A DNA stretch of 64,000 bases from Candidatus Woesearchaeota archaeon (GCA_018302815.1 JAGVZE010000015.1:2328-66327); one strand, 5' to 3'; positions 9,792 to 20,868 are shown, counted from the first letter of the stretch. Notes: generated by a model from the sequence alone, not told the origin. Numbers and translations are program-made.

Positions 9792-10619
9792 TTAACGCAC
9801 GAATGATGAAATCTCTTTCGCTAGACGCACGATTGTTGAGGCATGCGGCGATTTGATATATTTCCTTAATTCGCGCTCAGCCGCCCACAACGGCACTGCA
9901 TCATTAAAGTTGCACTCCCTGAAACAGCCGAACGCCTGTTTATAGAATTTTTTAGTATCCTGAAGTTCGCCAATTTCTGAACGTTTTACATCGAGTCGTT
10001 TGAGAATGTCCGCGATTCTCTCTATGCGCTCAGCGACCATTCTCATGTCCATTGCACGTATCAATGAAATCTGCGCCCTCGCGAATCGTCCTTCAGACAG
10101 AAAACGCCTGATTTGCATAACGAGAAGATAATAAAACCTGGTAAGCGACTCTTCAGTCGCATTCCTCACATCTTTAGGAGCGCTTGCGATAGCGTCATCA
10201 AACAGGTTGAGAGAAAGGAAAAACATCCGCGAAAGGCATTCATCGATCGTAAGCTCATCAATTGGAAAACATTTCACGACTAATTTGTCTTTTGATTCTT
10301 CCACAAGTTGAACGTTCATGAACGTGCGCAAAAAAGAGCGCGCATCAGAATCGGGCCGTTCTTTAATGTTGAGCGTAATTTCCTGCGCGCCGCTGAAATA
10401 TTCGCGGAAAAACCTGCGCTCTCCGCTAACATCAAATGGAATTGAAACTTTCCTATTTTCGACTTTACCCGTGAATTCAGGAGCTATCAACAGAGCGCCG
10501 TTATCAGCCACGCTCATCCTAACAGTGGAGCCTTTTTTGAGCCTAAGAGTATTCGCCCACTCCTTTGGAACAGTAACAAGCAACGACTTGCCTATCTCCT
10601 GAAGTTTTCGCTCTTTCAT
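9792..10619 (-). CDS. AbrB-domain / PhoU-like phosphate uptake regulator (archaeal type)
   Basis: N-terminal ERKLQEIGKSLLVTVPKEWA (AbrB); C-terminal ERIERIAD (PhoU). Confidence 0.82.
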   Translation of the reverse strand: MKERKLQEIGKSLLVTVPKEWANTLRLKKGSTVRMSVADNGALLIAPEFTGKVENRKVSIPFDVSGERRFFREYFSGAQEITLNIKERPDSDARSFLRTFMNVQLVEESKDKLVVKCFPIDELTIDECLSRMFFLSLNLFDDAIASAPKDVRNATEESLTRFYYLLVMQIRRFLSEGRFARAQISLIRAMDMRMVAERIERIADILKRLDVKRSEIGELQDTKKFYKQAFGCFRECNFNDAVPLWAAERELRKYIKSPHASTIVRLAKEISSFVR

Positions 10620-10712
10620 ATACTTGCGCGTCTTTTGCTTGTGTTATTAAATTTTTCCATCTTTAAAGATTTATAGAAAGAGTTTATAGATTCCTGCAGC
10701 TATCCGATTTTC

Positions 10713-11975
10713 ATGAAAAAGGCAGAATTTATCGAAACAATCACTCAAATGAAAAAATACAGAGCGGCGTACCTGCGTCTCTACGAACTGCATTCGCCAA
10801 TCAGAGATTTCTTGAATGATGTCAAGAAAGAATATCAATCATACGATGACGCTGATTGGAAGATGCCCGGAAGCGAAGCCGCGCTAGACTCATCAGTTAA
10901 AAAGAGAACACTTGAATTATTGGCTTCGCAAAAAGATACTGATATCGCAAAAATATTACAGCCGTATGATATATGCTCGCTGCGCGTGGAAGGAGGGTAT
11001 GAAGTTTTGCCGATCAACGCGCCATCGAGGCAATTCGGTTCATACGGCCTTCCCGGAAGCGTTTTTCTTGAAAGACTTTTAGAAACGCAGGAAAGCTACG
11101 CAAAACTTCGCTCAGCTTCCGCTGACGAACTCGACCTGATAGCTTCAGGAATGACAAAATCTTTCAACTATTCATGCGGGTGCCATTACAAAACGCCCTG
11201 TAAAAACTGCAAAACAGTCCACGTCCTTGAAGCTTTCACAACGGCAGCCGATACTGCTAAATCGATGCTGAACTATTTTTACAAACAAAAATCAAAAACT
11301 CTGGAGCGGGAATATCCCATTATTGAATGGGACAGGGGAGTTAGCGCAGACTTGAAGTTTGACTTTGACTGGTTGAAAGACAAAAGTCCATATGATACTT
11401 TGAAGCTGCTTTGTCCAAAAGACAGAGAACTTCTCACATTAACGCAATTAACTTGTAAGCGTGATTCTGGATTCGTCAAAATCACTGCGAACCTTTCAGA
11501 TGAACGACAGGTATCTGAACTTTATTCTCTTCTTGAAGCCGTCAAGGAGTGGAAGTATACGCGAGAAGATGCATATGAACTTAGAACCGAACTCACACGA
11601 CTGCTCGAGCTTGAACATCTTGAGCAATATCTTAGCGGTTTCAATTCAAGAAAACCACCCAAATACGCATCACGCGGCGAAGACGCAAAAACAAAAGGCA
11701 TAGTTGACGGCATAGAATCTTTGATGAAACAAGCAGTCTGCACGCGTGAAGATTTAGCCGATCAAATTAAAAAACGTAAAGTTCAGCTGAGGGAGAAGTA
11801 CGGAATATTGGATTTGAATTTTTGCTGTGAAGATAAAGAATACAATGATGGTCCATCAATGTTTCCCCGAAAGCCTCAAGGAAGCATACGTTTTTACGAG
11901 AAGACTATGACTTCATTGAATGACATGGGACTGATAAAGCTGGCCAAAGATCATGTTCTCTCAATGATCCACTAA
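10713..11975 (+). CDS. Hypothetical protein with Cys/His cluster
   Basis: 420-aa ORF; YSCGCHYKTPCKNCKTVH; upstream TTTATA box. Confidence 0.65.
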   Translation: MKKAEFIETITQMKKYRAAYLRLYELHSPIRDFLNDVKKEYQSYDDADWKMPGSEAALDSSVKKRTLELLASQKDTDIAKILQPYDICSLRVEGGYEVLPINAPSRQFGSYGLPGSVFLERLLETQESYAKLRSASADELDLIASGMTKSFNYSCGCHYKTPCKNCKTVHVLEAFTTAADTAKSMLNYFYKQKSKTLEREYPIIEWDRGVSADLKFDFDWLKDKSPYDTLKLLCPKDRELLTLTQLTCKRDSGFVKITANLSDERQVSELYSLLEAVKEWKYTREDAYELRTELTRLLELEHLEQYLSGFNSRKPPKYASRGEDAKTKGIVDGIESLMKQAVCTREDLADQIKKRKVQLREKYGILDLNFCCEDKEYNDGPSMFPRKPQGSIRFYEKTMTSLNDMGLIKLAKDHVLSMIH

Positions 11976-12006
11976 TCTTTTATAGGCAGCTTCGCATTTT
12001 TGCTTT

Positions 12007-12708
12007 ATGGCGCTCACTTTCATCATAGCTTTTATCGCAGGCATAGCGAGCTTTATTTCACCATGCGTACTGCCACTGGTTCCGGCTTTTCTTGGCCACA
12101 TCGCGGAGAATAAGATAGAGCGCGCAGGAAGAGCCGCACTTTTTTATCACAGTCTCTTATTCGTGTTAGGATTTAGCGCGGTATTCTCTTTATTAGGGGT
12201 GCTTCTCAACAGCGTGCTGTCCAATGTAGCGTACGAAGCACAGATATGGCTTGGACGAATCGCGGGCAGTGTAATAATATTATTCGGATTTCACATGCTT
12301 GGACTAATCAAACCGGCGTTCCTTGAGAAAGAACATAAATTCAAAGTGAAACGATTCAAAAGCAAAAGCCTGACCAGCTTCGTATTCGGAGCTGCATTCG
12401 CAGTCGGCTGGACACCGTGCGTGGGCGCGGTACTTGGAAGCATCCTTGCGCTCGCGGTCAGCATGCCCGGCGAAAGTTTCATACTGCTTCTAGCTTACTC
12501 GCTGGGCCTTGGAATACCCTTTTTAATCGTCGGACTTTTTGCCCATTCGTTCCTTGCGATCATACAAAAACGCTCAACATTCTTTTTGTATTTCAACGTG
12601 ATTGTGGGCATACTAATCACATTACTTGGAATATTTGTATTCACGGGAAGGCTGGCGCTTGCAGCAACTGGTTTAAGTTCGCTTGTCGCGCTGATTCTTC
12701 AGAAATGA
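12007..12708 (+). CDS. ccdA: Cytochrome c biogenesis protein CcdA
   Basis: SFISPCVLPLVPAF, GWTPCVGAVLGSIL, YSLGLGIPF. Confidence 0.92.
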   Translation: MALTFIIAFIAGIASFISPCVLPLVPAFLGHIAENKIERAGRAALFYHSLLFVLGFSAVFSLLGVLLNSVLSNVAYEAQIWLGRIAGSVIILFGFHMLGLIKPAFLEKEHKFKVKRFKSKSLTSFVFGAAFAVGWTPCVGAVLGSILALAVSMPGESFILLLAYSLGLGIPFLIVGLFAHSFLAIIQKRSTFFLYFNVIVGILITLLGIFVFTGRLALAATGLSSLVALILQK

Positions 12709-13136
12709 ACAGCGTATGCGTGGCCTTTTCTGTGAAGCGGTTCAGTCTTCACGTGCCTGCGTTTGAATGGCGGCGCGCAGAACCATTGAGCAGGCTCGTA
12801 TCGGTCCAAAGATACATCAGAAATCTCTGATAATTCTTTACGGCCAAAACGTAGTATGTCGTCCAATCGTATCTGTTTTTTCATACGATATGAGAACATT
12901 TTCGGATTGTGCGCGCAAGAAGTCAAGTGGATGAATTTTCGGTCGATATCAATTGGAATCGCCAAGCAAAATTTTTGCTCATCACTCGTGTATGAAACGG
13001 CAGGAGCGTTGTTGTCAATTGAGCCATAAACCTCAAGGCCACGGTAATCGATAACAATCGCTCCCTGAGGATTCTCATTTCGCAACGTGTCTTGAAAAAC
13101 TTCTCTTATTAGATTATAGAAATATTCACCTTTCAT
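12699..13136 (-). CDS. Hypothetical protein
   Basis: ORF; probable start MKGEYF at 13136 overlapping the GNAT stop. Confidence 0.55.
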   Translation of the reverse strand: MKGEYFYNLIREVFQDTLRNENPQGAIVIDYRGLEVYGSIDNNAPAVSYTSDEQKFCLAIPIDIDRKFIHLTSCAHNPKMFSYRMKKQIRLDDILRFGRKELSEISDVSLDRYEPAQWFCAPPFKRRHVKTEPLHRKGHAYAVHF

Positions 13137-13650
13137 AACGAACCAGCGGCCGGTCAAGGCCATAAACATTCTTGTGAATCTCATCACGCACTTCTGAAAA
13201 TCCTTTTTCATCAAGAGTCATGGGCGCGCTCATCAGTTGAAGTTTAACCGGAATCTTGCGCGCTCCAGGGGGTTGCAAATATTCGAATGGGGCAGTACGG
13301 AAACCGCAACGCTCAAAAAACTTGACAGCAGGACTATCCGGAGGAACTTCGAGCAAAGTCGGGCACGCTTCGCTTCGCATCAACATGACTTCTTTTCCAC
13401 AGCCAAGATTTCTATATTTCTCATCCATCGCAAAATGTTCAATGAAATCAAAATTGTACAGATTCCAAACGCTCATCATTCCCATGACATTCTCTTTCTT
13501 TATCGCGAGAAGCGAATAATTGCTTTTATCAAAAAGCTTGAACTGCTCTTCCAAAGAACGCTGACCGTCGGCAGGAAAAGAAGAGCGGTATATATCCCAA
13601 ACTGCCCCGAATTCCTCATCCGTCGCGCTGTGCACTCGCAAAAGACGCAT
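13126..13650 (-). CDS. GNAT family N-acetyltransferase
   Basis: YRSSFP, FIEHFAMDEKYRNLGCG, LEV, FFERCGF, YLQPP. Confidence 0.85.
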   Translation of the reverse strand: MRLLRVHSATDEEFGAVWDIYRSSFPADGQRSLEEQFKLFDKSNYSLLAIKKENVMGMMSVWNLYNFDFIEHFAMDEKYRNLGCGKEVMLMRSEACPTLLEVPPDSPAVKFFERCGFRTAPFEYLQPPGARKIPVKLQLMSAPMTLDEKGFSEVRDEIHKNVYGLDRPLVRYER

Positions 13651-13713
13651 AATTCCTGAAACTTCAACCTATTTAAAAAGCATACGACATAAAAATTGTT
13701 ACTTTATATAGTT

Positions 13714-14274
13714 TCAAGGTGGAAGCCTGCGTTGCTGCTTGAGCATAGAAACAACGACGTCCGCGAACACTTTGATATCGCTCCAATGTTGTGGGTTCGG
13801 ATATTGATCGTAAATCTCGTAGGGATAGTAAAAACTATGTTCGAATTGATGCATCGCGTCAGGAAAAGTCAATCCCGCCCCTGCGGCGAGGTGAACGTCT
13901 CCACTTGCCACTTCAGCCCAGCCCATTTGGTTTACACCCCAAGGAGTATAATTTAAAAGAGGAACTTCATACAAGTACATATGCCTGCGGGGCGCGTTAT
14001 ACGGAGCGCCGAACACGGCATTGTACATTTGCCAGTGCTGGTTGATGGCATCTAGCGCCCACGTTTGATCGTGCGCGTCCATAGATGCGGCGTAGTGGAT
14101 AGTGAACGGACCTACTACGCTTGTCGGACCGTTTGGCACGAAAGCTTTCTCTTGGCTTGCATTATTACACCCGGGAGAACTTCCACTCACAAAAACAGTG
14201 CTTGCGATAACAACTGAAGAAACCAATTTTTCCAGCGTTGTCTGTCCTCTTTTGTGTTGCACTGGATTACCCAT
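13714..14274 (-). CDS. Hypothetical secreted/lipoprotein-like protein
   Basis: Hydrophobic N-terminus followed by PGC; HQFEH motif. Confidence 0.6.
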   Translation of the reverse strand: MGNPVQHKRGQTTLEKLVSSVVIASTVFVSGSSPGCNNASQEKAFVPNGPTSVVGPFTIHYAASMDAHDQTWALDAINQHWQMYNAVFGAPYNAPRRHMYLYEVPLLNYTPWGVNQMGWAEVASGDVHLAAGAGLTFPDAMHQFEHSFYYPYEIYDQYPNPQHWSDIKVFADVVVSMLKQQRRLPP

Positions 14275-14370
14275 ATTACGCCGTGTTTTTATAGTTTTCT
14301 TTATAATTTTAAAAGAAGTCTGTTTCGTATTGTCGATTAATTTATAAGTGGGAAATTCTTTCTTGTAGTT

Positions 14371-17300
14371 ATGAAAAGAGGCGAGTTTGCAATAGGACTA
14401 TTACTCACACTCTTCTCGTTAGGTCTTACCTTCGCGCTCCTTTCAATCGATTCGCCAAGCCACACGGGCTTTCAAGTGGCGGACGTACAGTCATTGCAAA
14501 GCAGCGGAAATGAAGAACGAGGAATCTTCGCATCACGAACCATACAAGTTGCGTGCACGAGTTGCGCAGACTGCACTACGTGCTCAGCGACAGTAGGAAA
14601 TACGTGCACGCTCAGCGGGCCTATGAGTGAAGCAGGAACATGCATAACTATTGGAGCAGATAACGTCACAATAGACTGCGCGGGAAATATTATTACGTTT
14701 GATACTGGTGGAGGCGGAATCGATGCGGGTATTCTTGCAACAAACAAAACTAATGTCACGCTTAACAACTGCACTATTATTGATAGCACTAGTTCAGGTG
14801 CAAGTGGAAGCGGCGTTAGCTTCATTAACGTCTCGCATAGTATGGTTGCAAATATAAGCATTTTCACTAACGGAACGACGGCCACGTTTGGCATTGGTTT
14901 TATCAACAGTTCCAACAATAACACTGCACAATCGAACACGATCTTTAGTCTTGGCACAACGGAGAGCGCAGGTATCGCGGTGAGAAACAGCAATGATAGT
15001 GTCATGAGAGAAAACATCATCAATGCGCAATACTCGTCAGCAAGTAATGCGGGAATCAGTATTCTTACAAATAGCTTGCGTTCACAAGTATTTAATAACT
15101 CAGTGGATGTCAATGGGATTTCTAGCACACTTGGAATTTCTGCAGGGTTTAACTCCAACTATACACAAATAGGCAATAATGTTGTTTCAACCACGGGAAC
15201 GGGTGCATTCAATATCGGCATTAATGTTGACAACGGTGCTTCGATTTCAAACATTGAAAATAATACGATTACGACCAATGGCACTAATGGTAATCATGGT
15301 ATACGCCTTGCGGGTTCAGCGAGCAATACTAGTATAAGAAACAATACAATTGAGACCAATGGAACGAATTCCAGTAACGGTATTTTATTAACGGGTATTA
15401 TCAATAATAATGTTGTTCGCAGCAATCAAATTTTCGCAAATGGTCAATTGGGCGGTTCTAATGCGGGCATCGTGCTTTCAGCGAGTACGGGGACAAATAA
15501 TACAGTCCAAGACAATTCAGTGATGACTGCAGGCGGTCCATCTGATTGGGGAATTAGTTTTGAAACAATCAATGGATCGACCATCCAAAATAACACGATT
15601 ACAACCAACGGAACCAGCCAGAATATGGGAATTCGCCTTGACTTTGAATCTGAGAATAACACTATTAGAAATAATTTGATAGCAACAGATGGGACAAGCA
15701 ATAACAGCTTCGGAATCACAGTATCCCGCTCGTATAACACTCTTGTTGAAAATAACCTGGTGCGCACATTTAACGCGCAAAGCCATGGCTTGCGCGTCAC
15801 GAGCGCGAGCAACAACACCACATTTGTCAACAACAGCGTTTACACAACAGGCACGAACAGCTTTGGCATCGCGATTGGCGGCGGAGCATTGGGAGCAGAT
15901 AGAAACTTTTTCAATGACACAAGACTATTCAACGTTACACAATGGATTTTGGTTTCTGACAGCAATGATACAAACTTCACCAACACCACGTTTGAAACTC
16001 CAAACGGCACAATAAACCTTCCCTCAAATTTCAGTTTGAATGGAACGCTCAATGTCACAAAAGCTCAGTTGAACATTTTGAATAACACTGCGTTCATCAA
16101 CACGACGAATGTGAGCCAGTTGAACACGAGCGCGATCGTCACGCTTTCGGGGTTGAACACCTCGACTCCAAGGCCAATCGTTGATTTTAACGATGATAGG
16201 TTGGCAGAGTATTGCGATTCGCCACAGTGCACGCTGTTGAGCTTCATCGGTGGCACTCTTAGATTTAACGTTTCAAGCTTTACCACTTACAGTTCTACCG
16301 GCAATGTGACTGTTGAGAAGAGCGACAGCCCTGATTCGGTTGGGGCAGGTAGCCAGTTGAGCTACACTATAACTATTAACAATACGGGAAATGATACGGT
16401 GTTCAACATTACTGTTGTTGAAACGTACCCTTCAGGAGTCGTGTTCGATTCCAGCAGCCCCTCTGCGAACATAAGCAATAACACTTGGCTCTTGGGCAAT
16501 CTTGCCAATGGCACGTTTACTACCATCAACATTACTTTAACGGTGAGCAGCGTTCTTGCCGATGGCACAGTCTTGAACAACACTGTGAACGTGACATTCT
16601 CAAATGCTGAAGGCATCAATGTTTCAGTAGTCGATACTGAAAACACCACTGTTGTAAGATTCCCTCAGATCAATGTCACGAAGACAGACAGTCCGGATCC
16701 GGTGAACAACGGCTCGACACTTGAGTACACGATAACGATCACTAACTTCGGGACAGGTGCTGCAGTCAATGTGACGTTGCTCGAAAATTATCCTGCCAAT
16801 ACAACCTTCAATGGGTCATCGCCCGCACCCGATGCTGGAAACAACTCCTTTTCACTTGGCAACTTAACTGAAGGCTCGAGCTTCACGGTCAACATAACAG
16901 TGAACGTGAGTGAAAATATGACTTCAGGAATCCTCAATAACACTGCGATCGTGTCGTTCATCAACACAACCGGCGCAAACATCACAATGAACGTCTCAGA
17001 GCTCACAACAGTCACAACACCAAGCGCTCCAACACCTGCGCCGAGCGGAGGAGGCGGCGGGGGCGGAACGAATTTCGCACGCAACGCTCAGATAAACAGA
17101 ACACTGCCGCAGGTCCAACAGCCAGTCGTGCAACAGGCAACAGCCTCTGTCCAAAGCGCGTCAACGCAAGAAGTCCTTACTCAAGAGCCAATACAAGAAC
17201 CGATACTCACTCCTGCGCCAGAACCCGCGCCTCAAGTAGAGCCACAGCCAATATCTTTGCCCAAAACACGCAGCAAGACCGCAATCTTGCCAATAATTGT

Positions 17301-17460
17301 GCTAATAGTTCTAGCTCTTCTAATTCTAATAGCGATGACTCGAAAAGAACCTCCTTCAAAATCGAAACCTGCGCGTGTGAACAAATTTGATGATGAACTT
17401 AAAGAGCTCAAGAAACAATTGGAGCAGACAAACAAAGTATTGAAACATAAAATCAAGTAA
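14371..17460 (+). CDS. Large surface glycoprotein: right-handed beta-helix repeats + two DUF11-like domains + C-terminal TM anchor
   Basis: Signal/TM; repeated GI-x-L...NNTI-x-NN-x-I; K(S/T)DSPD-x-V...L-x-YTITI-x-N twice; GGGGGGG linker; TM and Lys-rich tail; many N-x-S/T sequons. Confidence 0.85.
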   Translation: MKRGEFAIGLLLTLFSLGLTFALLSIDSPSHTGFQVADVQSLQSSGNEERGIFASRTIQVACTSCADCTTCSATVGNTCTLSGPMSEAGTCITIGADNVTIDCAGNIITFDTGGGGIDAGILATNKTNVTLNNCTIIDSTSSGASGSGVSFINVSHSMVANISIFTNGTTATFGIGFINSSNNNTAQSNTIFSLGTTESAGIAVRNSNDSVMRENIINAQYSSASNAGISILTNSLRSQVFNNSVDVNGISSTLGISAGFNSNYTQIGNNVVSTTGTGAFNIGINVDNGASISNIENNTITTNGTNGNHGIRLAGSASNTSIRNNTIETNGTNSSNGILLTGIINNNVVRSNQIFANGQLGGSNAGIVLSASTGTNNTVQDNSVMTAGGPSDWGISFETINGSTIQNNTITTNGTSQNMGIRLDFESENNTIRNNLIATDGTSNNSFGITVSRSYNTLVENNLVRTFNAQSHGLRVTSASNNTTFVNNSVYTTGTNSFGIAIGGGALGADRNFFNDTRLFNVTQWILVSDSNDTNFTNTTFETPNGTINLPSNFSLNGTLNVTKAQLNILNNTAFINTTNVSQLNTSAIVTLSGLNTSTPRPIVDFNDDRLAEYCDSPQCTLLSFIGGTLRFNVSSFTTYSSTGNVTVEKSDSPDSVGAGSQLSYTITINNTGNDTVFNITVVETYPSGVVFDSSSPSANISNNTWLLGNLANGTFTTINITLTVSSVLADGTVLNNTVNVTFSNAEGINVSVVDTENTTVVRFPQINVTKTDSPDPVNNGSTLEYTITITNFGTGAAVNVTLLENYPANTTFNGSSPAPDAGNNSFSLGNLTEGSSFTVNITVNVSENMTSGILNNTAIVSFINTTGANITMNVSELTTVTTPSAPTPAPSGGGGGGGTNFARNAQINRTLPQVQQPVVQQATASVQSASTQEVLTQEPIQEPILTPAPEPAPQVEPQPISLPKTRSKTAILPIIVLIVLALLILIAMTRKEPPSKSKPARVNKFDDELKELKKQLEQTNKVLKHKIK

Positions 17461-19383
17461 TCAGAGAATATCAATTTCCTGCAATGAATTCTGAACTCTT
17501 TGCTGGGCTTCACGCAGAACGTCCTGCAGAGCACGATCAGGTGTGGCTTCCCTTACCTGTCCCATTTTATCGATTATCTGGCGCAGGAATCTCACTAAAT
17601 CACCTTCTATCATGCTAGTGTTATACATCATTTCGAAAATGGTTTGTCCCTCATAGCACGGCTTGATTAAAGAAGTGACTTCAAGAACATATTTTAGCCT
17701 GTCCTCGGTCTTAAAATACTGAACCTGGCGAATCTTTCCATACACCTCATCCACGTCGTTGGATTTGAATTTTTTATGGAATTGCATCTTATCGCGCCCT
17801 TCAAGGCAAATGCAAGCGAAAAGAAGCATCACCTGGTAGAGATTAAATCCAATATGAAAATCAGTGCCGAACATCTCGCCTATCAAAATTTCATCGGAAT
17901 AAATCTTTGACGCGAATTCTCCTTTGTGAGTCAGTTTGCCTTCTTTCAAATAGTTCATATTGTGCAATTTAGTATGGTAATTATCAAACGCGCTATGGCT
18001 CTTGAAATTCTTCATTTTGCCGAATTTGGCGCCGAACCTTTGGAACGAGTCGAAACTCTTGCACAGGATTTCATGGATTTCCTGAGCATCGTGCTTTTTT
18101 ATGAGGTTGAGAACGGTATTGATGGACAAACGGAACTGAGATGTTATCGGCGTCGTGTCAGCGTCTATGAGCGTCTTAACTTTGTTCGCATCAAAATCCC
18201 TGCGCGTGACCATCACGTACACGAATCCTTCTGTATCAAGACCTCTTCGTCCTGCTCTTCCTGCGATCTGGAAAAATTCCTTGCTGTTGATTTGGCGGAA
18301 AGATATGCCATCAAACTTTCGAATAGAATCAAACACGACAGTTTTTGCAGGCATATTGAGACCCACAGCGAACGTTTCTGTCGTGTAAAGAACTTGGATC
18401 TTTCCCTGAGCGAACAGGTCTTCCACTATATCTTTCATGATCGGCAAAAGACCTGCGTGATGAAATCCAATGCCAAACGGCAGGATAGTTCTTAACGTGC
18501 GCGTTGAATCAAGCTGGTTGATTTCTTCAGGAGCTTCTTTGAGCTTATCTCTTATGAACGCTGAAATGCTCGGCACAGCCTTGAACATCTGTTTTTTTGA
18601 AAGTTCGAACGCTTTCTGCTCGCACGCGCTTCTTGAAAAACAGAAATATAGCGCAGGAATTTTATCTTTCATTTCTTTCAGTAGTTGGTAATGAGATGGA
18701 GCTGGAGTTCTTGACCTGCGTTCGCGCGAACGGCCTCGCACATAGGAGTAATCAGGGATATCAATCACGTCTTTGATGTTCTTCAAAGTCGTGATGCCAA
18801 GGTCGCTATCGTAGAAATTTATGTGAAGCGGAATCGGACGCACGTCATGGCGAATGACTGCCACTTCGTGCTCTTTTATAGCCTGAATCCACGCGGCGAA
18901 CTCTTCTGCGTTAGGAATTGTTGCGGAAAGGCACAGCATACGGATGTGCGGCTTTGTGAAAATGATGGATTCCTCCCAAACGTAGCCTCGTTCTGGATCA
19001 TTGATGAAATGAATCTCATCAAAAACAATGTACGAAACATCGTGAAGCATAGGGTCATCAGTTATGGTCATATTTCTGTAAATTTCAGTGGTCATGATGA
19101 CTACCTTAGCATCAGAATTCCTGACAAGGTCCCCAGTTATGAGCCCCACATTCTGTTCGCCATACTGAGCGCAAAAATCCTTATATTTCTGGTTGGAAAG
19201 CGCCTTAATTGGAGCTGTGTAGATGACTCTAACACCTTTCTTTAAGTCGCGGTCGATGATGTAATCCGCGATAAGAGTCTTGCCAGAACCAGTAGGAGCT
19301 GAAACTACAACAGACTTGTTCTGGTCAATTGCCTCAATAGCTTCAATTTGGAACTTATCCAGCTCCAGCCCTTTATATATCAT
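17461..19383 (-). CDS. Ski2-like (HelY/Mtr4-type) SF2 RNA helicase
   Basis: APTGSGKT, TAPIKALSNQKY, DEIH, LSATIPN, HHAGLLP, TETFAVGLNMPA, QIAGRAGRRGLD. Confidence 0.93.
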   Translation of the reverse strand: MIYKGLELDKFQIEAIEAIDQNKSVVVSAPTGSGKTLIADYIIDRDLKKGVRVIYTAPIKALSNQKYKDFCAQYGEQNVGLITGDLVRNSDAKVVIMTTEIYRNMTITDDPMLHDVSYIVFDEIHFINDPERGYVWEESIIFTKPHIRMLCLSATIPNAEEFAAWIQAIKEHEVAVIRHDVRPIPLHINFYDSDLGITTLKNIKDVIDIPDYSYVRGRSRERRSRTPAPSHYQLLKEMKDKIPALYFCFSRSACEQKAFELSKKQMFKAVPSISAFIRDKLKEAPEEINQLDSTRTLRTILPFGIGFHHAGLLPIMKDIVEDLFAQGKIQVLYTTETFAVGLNMPAKTVVFDSIRKFDGISFRQINSKEFFQIAGRAGRRGLDTEGFVYVMVTRRDFDANKVKTLIDADTTPITSQFRLSINTVLNLIKKHDAQEIHEILCKSFDSFQRFGAKFGKMKNFKSHSAFDNYHTKLHNMNYLKEGKLTHKGEFASKIYSDEILIGEMFGTDFHIGFNLYQVMLLFACICLEGRDKMQFHKKFKSNDVDEVYGKIRQVQYFKTEDRLKYVLEVTSLIKPCYEGQTIFEMMYNTSMIEGDLVRFLRQIIDKMGQVREATPDRALQDVLREAQQRVQNSLQEIDIL

Positions 19384-19434
19384 AAGACGATTTTATCGAC
19401 CTCACTATTTAAATACTCCTTCTGGTTTCTATGA

Positions 19435-20049
19435 TTGATGAAATCTCAATCAATTGTAATGTTATCCAGCGCATTGCTATTATTATTCTTATTCGGATGT
19501 GTTTTTGAGCCGGTGAACCCACCTAAAGATTCACCCGTGATTGAATCAGAAACTCATGTAGAACCTACATCGCAAGATAATCAAACAACTTCGCAGGGAT
19601 CCGCTGTTGAAGCGCCAGTCGAAGAACCAGCTTTCGCGCAAAATGAAACTGCGGCCACGCCTGCAGAATCAAATGAAACTTCAGCAAATCAAACGAATGA
19701 AACACAGAAAATTGAATCGGCCCAGCCAGCAGTAAAGCTTTCGCCAAGAGAACAGGTAGAAATGGCAAAGCTTGTCGAAAAAGCAGTCATGAATTCACAG
19801 TGTTATAAGTTAAGCTGGGATGGAATAGAAGCACATCAGAGCGAACGACCGCTAAGCGTTGCTGTAGAACACACAATGCAATATCGCGAAGGAAAGAGAT
19901 TCACGGTTTGGATACACTATTTCCTAAAGCAGTCCCGTTTAATCCTTGATAGAGAAAGCATAACTGCAACAGTAGATGACTTGGTTGTGACCTGCAACGC
20001 GACAAATTTCACTATAAACTGGGAAAGAGCGCTGCAGACCAACAATTAG
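19435..20049 (+). CDS. Putative lipoprotein
   Basis: LLLLFLFGC lipobox, acidic low-complexity linker. Confidence 0.65.
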   Translation: MMKSQSIVMLSSALLLLFLFGCVFEPVNPPKDSPVIESETHVEPTSQDNQTTSQGSAVEAPVEEPAFAQNETAATPAESNETSANQTNETQKIESAQPAVKLSPREQVEMAKLVEKAVMNSQCYKLSWDGIEAHQSERPLSVAVEHTMQYREGKRFTVWIHYFLKQSRLILDRESITATVDDLVVTCNATNFTINWERALQTNN

Positions 20050-20052
20050 AGT

Positions 20053-20517
20053 ATGGCATTCGCAACTTTCGCAGCCGGATGTTTCTGGCACGTTGAAGAA
20101 GCGTTCAGAGTGATAATCGGCGTCAAATCGACCAAAGCCGGATATACTGGCGGCAAGACCAAAAAGCCAACGTACGAACAGGTCTGCACTGACACAACAG
20201 GGCACGCAGAAGCAGTGCTTATCGAGTACGATCCGGCAACCGTTCCTTACAAGAAGCTTCTTGACGTTTTTTTCGTGATACACGACCCAACGCAAGTCGA
20301 TAGACAGGGGCCTGATGAAGGAACACAGTACCGGTCAGCGATATTTTATCATGATGAGAATCAACGCAAAGCAGCAGAAAAAGCGTTAAAAGAAGAACAA
20401 AGGAAACATGATAAGCCCATAGCTACTAAAATAGTTCCTGCTGGCGAATTTTATAAAGCAGAAGATTACCATCAGCAGTACTTGATGAAACGTGGAAGAA
20501 AAACATGCGGCATATGA
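20053..20517 (+). CDS. msrA: Peptide methionine sulfoxide reductase A
   Basis: [32 protein letters not shown]. Confidence 0.97.
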   Translation: MAFATFAAGCFWHVEEAFRVIIGVKSTKAGYTGGKTKKPTYEQVCTDTTGHAEAVLIEYDPATVPYKKLLDVFFVIHDPTQVDRQGPDEGTQYRSAIFYHDENQRKAAEKALKEEQRKHDKPIATKIVPAGEFYKAEDYHQQYLMKRGRKTCGI

Positions 20518-20565
20518 TTGTTTTATATATCTTAAAACCAATTATCCTCTAAAAGAGGTGATATT

Positions 20566-20832
20566 ATGAAGAAAACACAAGAATGCAAACTTGGACTTAC
20601 TGTGGGTATTTTCTTAGCGGTTGTGCACGCAGTATGGCTCTTCGCGGTAGCGGTTATGCCAAGTGCGACAAAAAGCTTCCTTGATTGGGCGTTAAAAATG
20701 CATCACGTAAACTTAGTATACGCGCTTGCGCCTTTTAACCTGCTCAACGCAGTATTGCTTGTCGCATTCGCATTTTTAGTTGGGTATGTATTTGGCTGGC
20801 TTCTTGGCACTATTTACAAGAGAGTCCAGTAA
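20566..20832 (+). CDS. Small 2-TM membrane protein
   Basis: GAGGTGA RBS; VHAVW...MHH...GYVFGW. Confidence 0.7.
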   Translation: MKKTQECKLGLTVGIFLAVVHAVWLFAVAVMPSATKSFLDWALKMHHVNLVYALAPFNLLNAVLLVAFAFLVGYVFGWLLGTIYKRVQ

Positions 20833-20868
20833 TTTTTTATTTCTATTTCATGGATACACAATGTTTAT

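Noticed and set aside
14472..17084. Long antisense ORFs inside surface-protein genes (also 50358-59380 and 32637-34819)
   Set aside because: Shadow ORFs caused by codon bias of the sense genes; no motifs or RBS.
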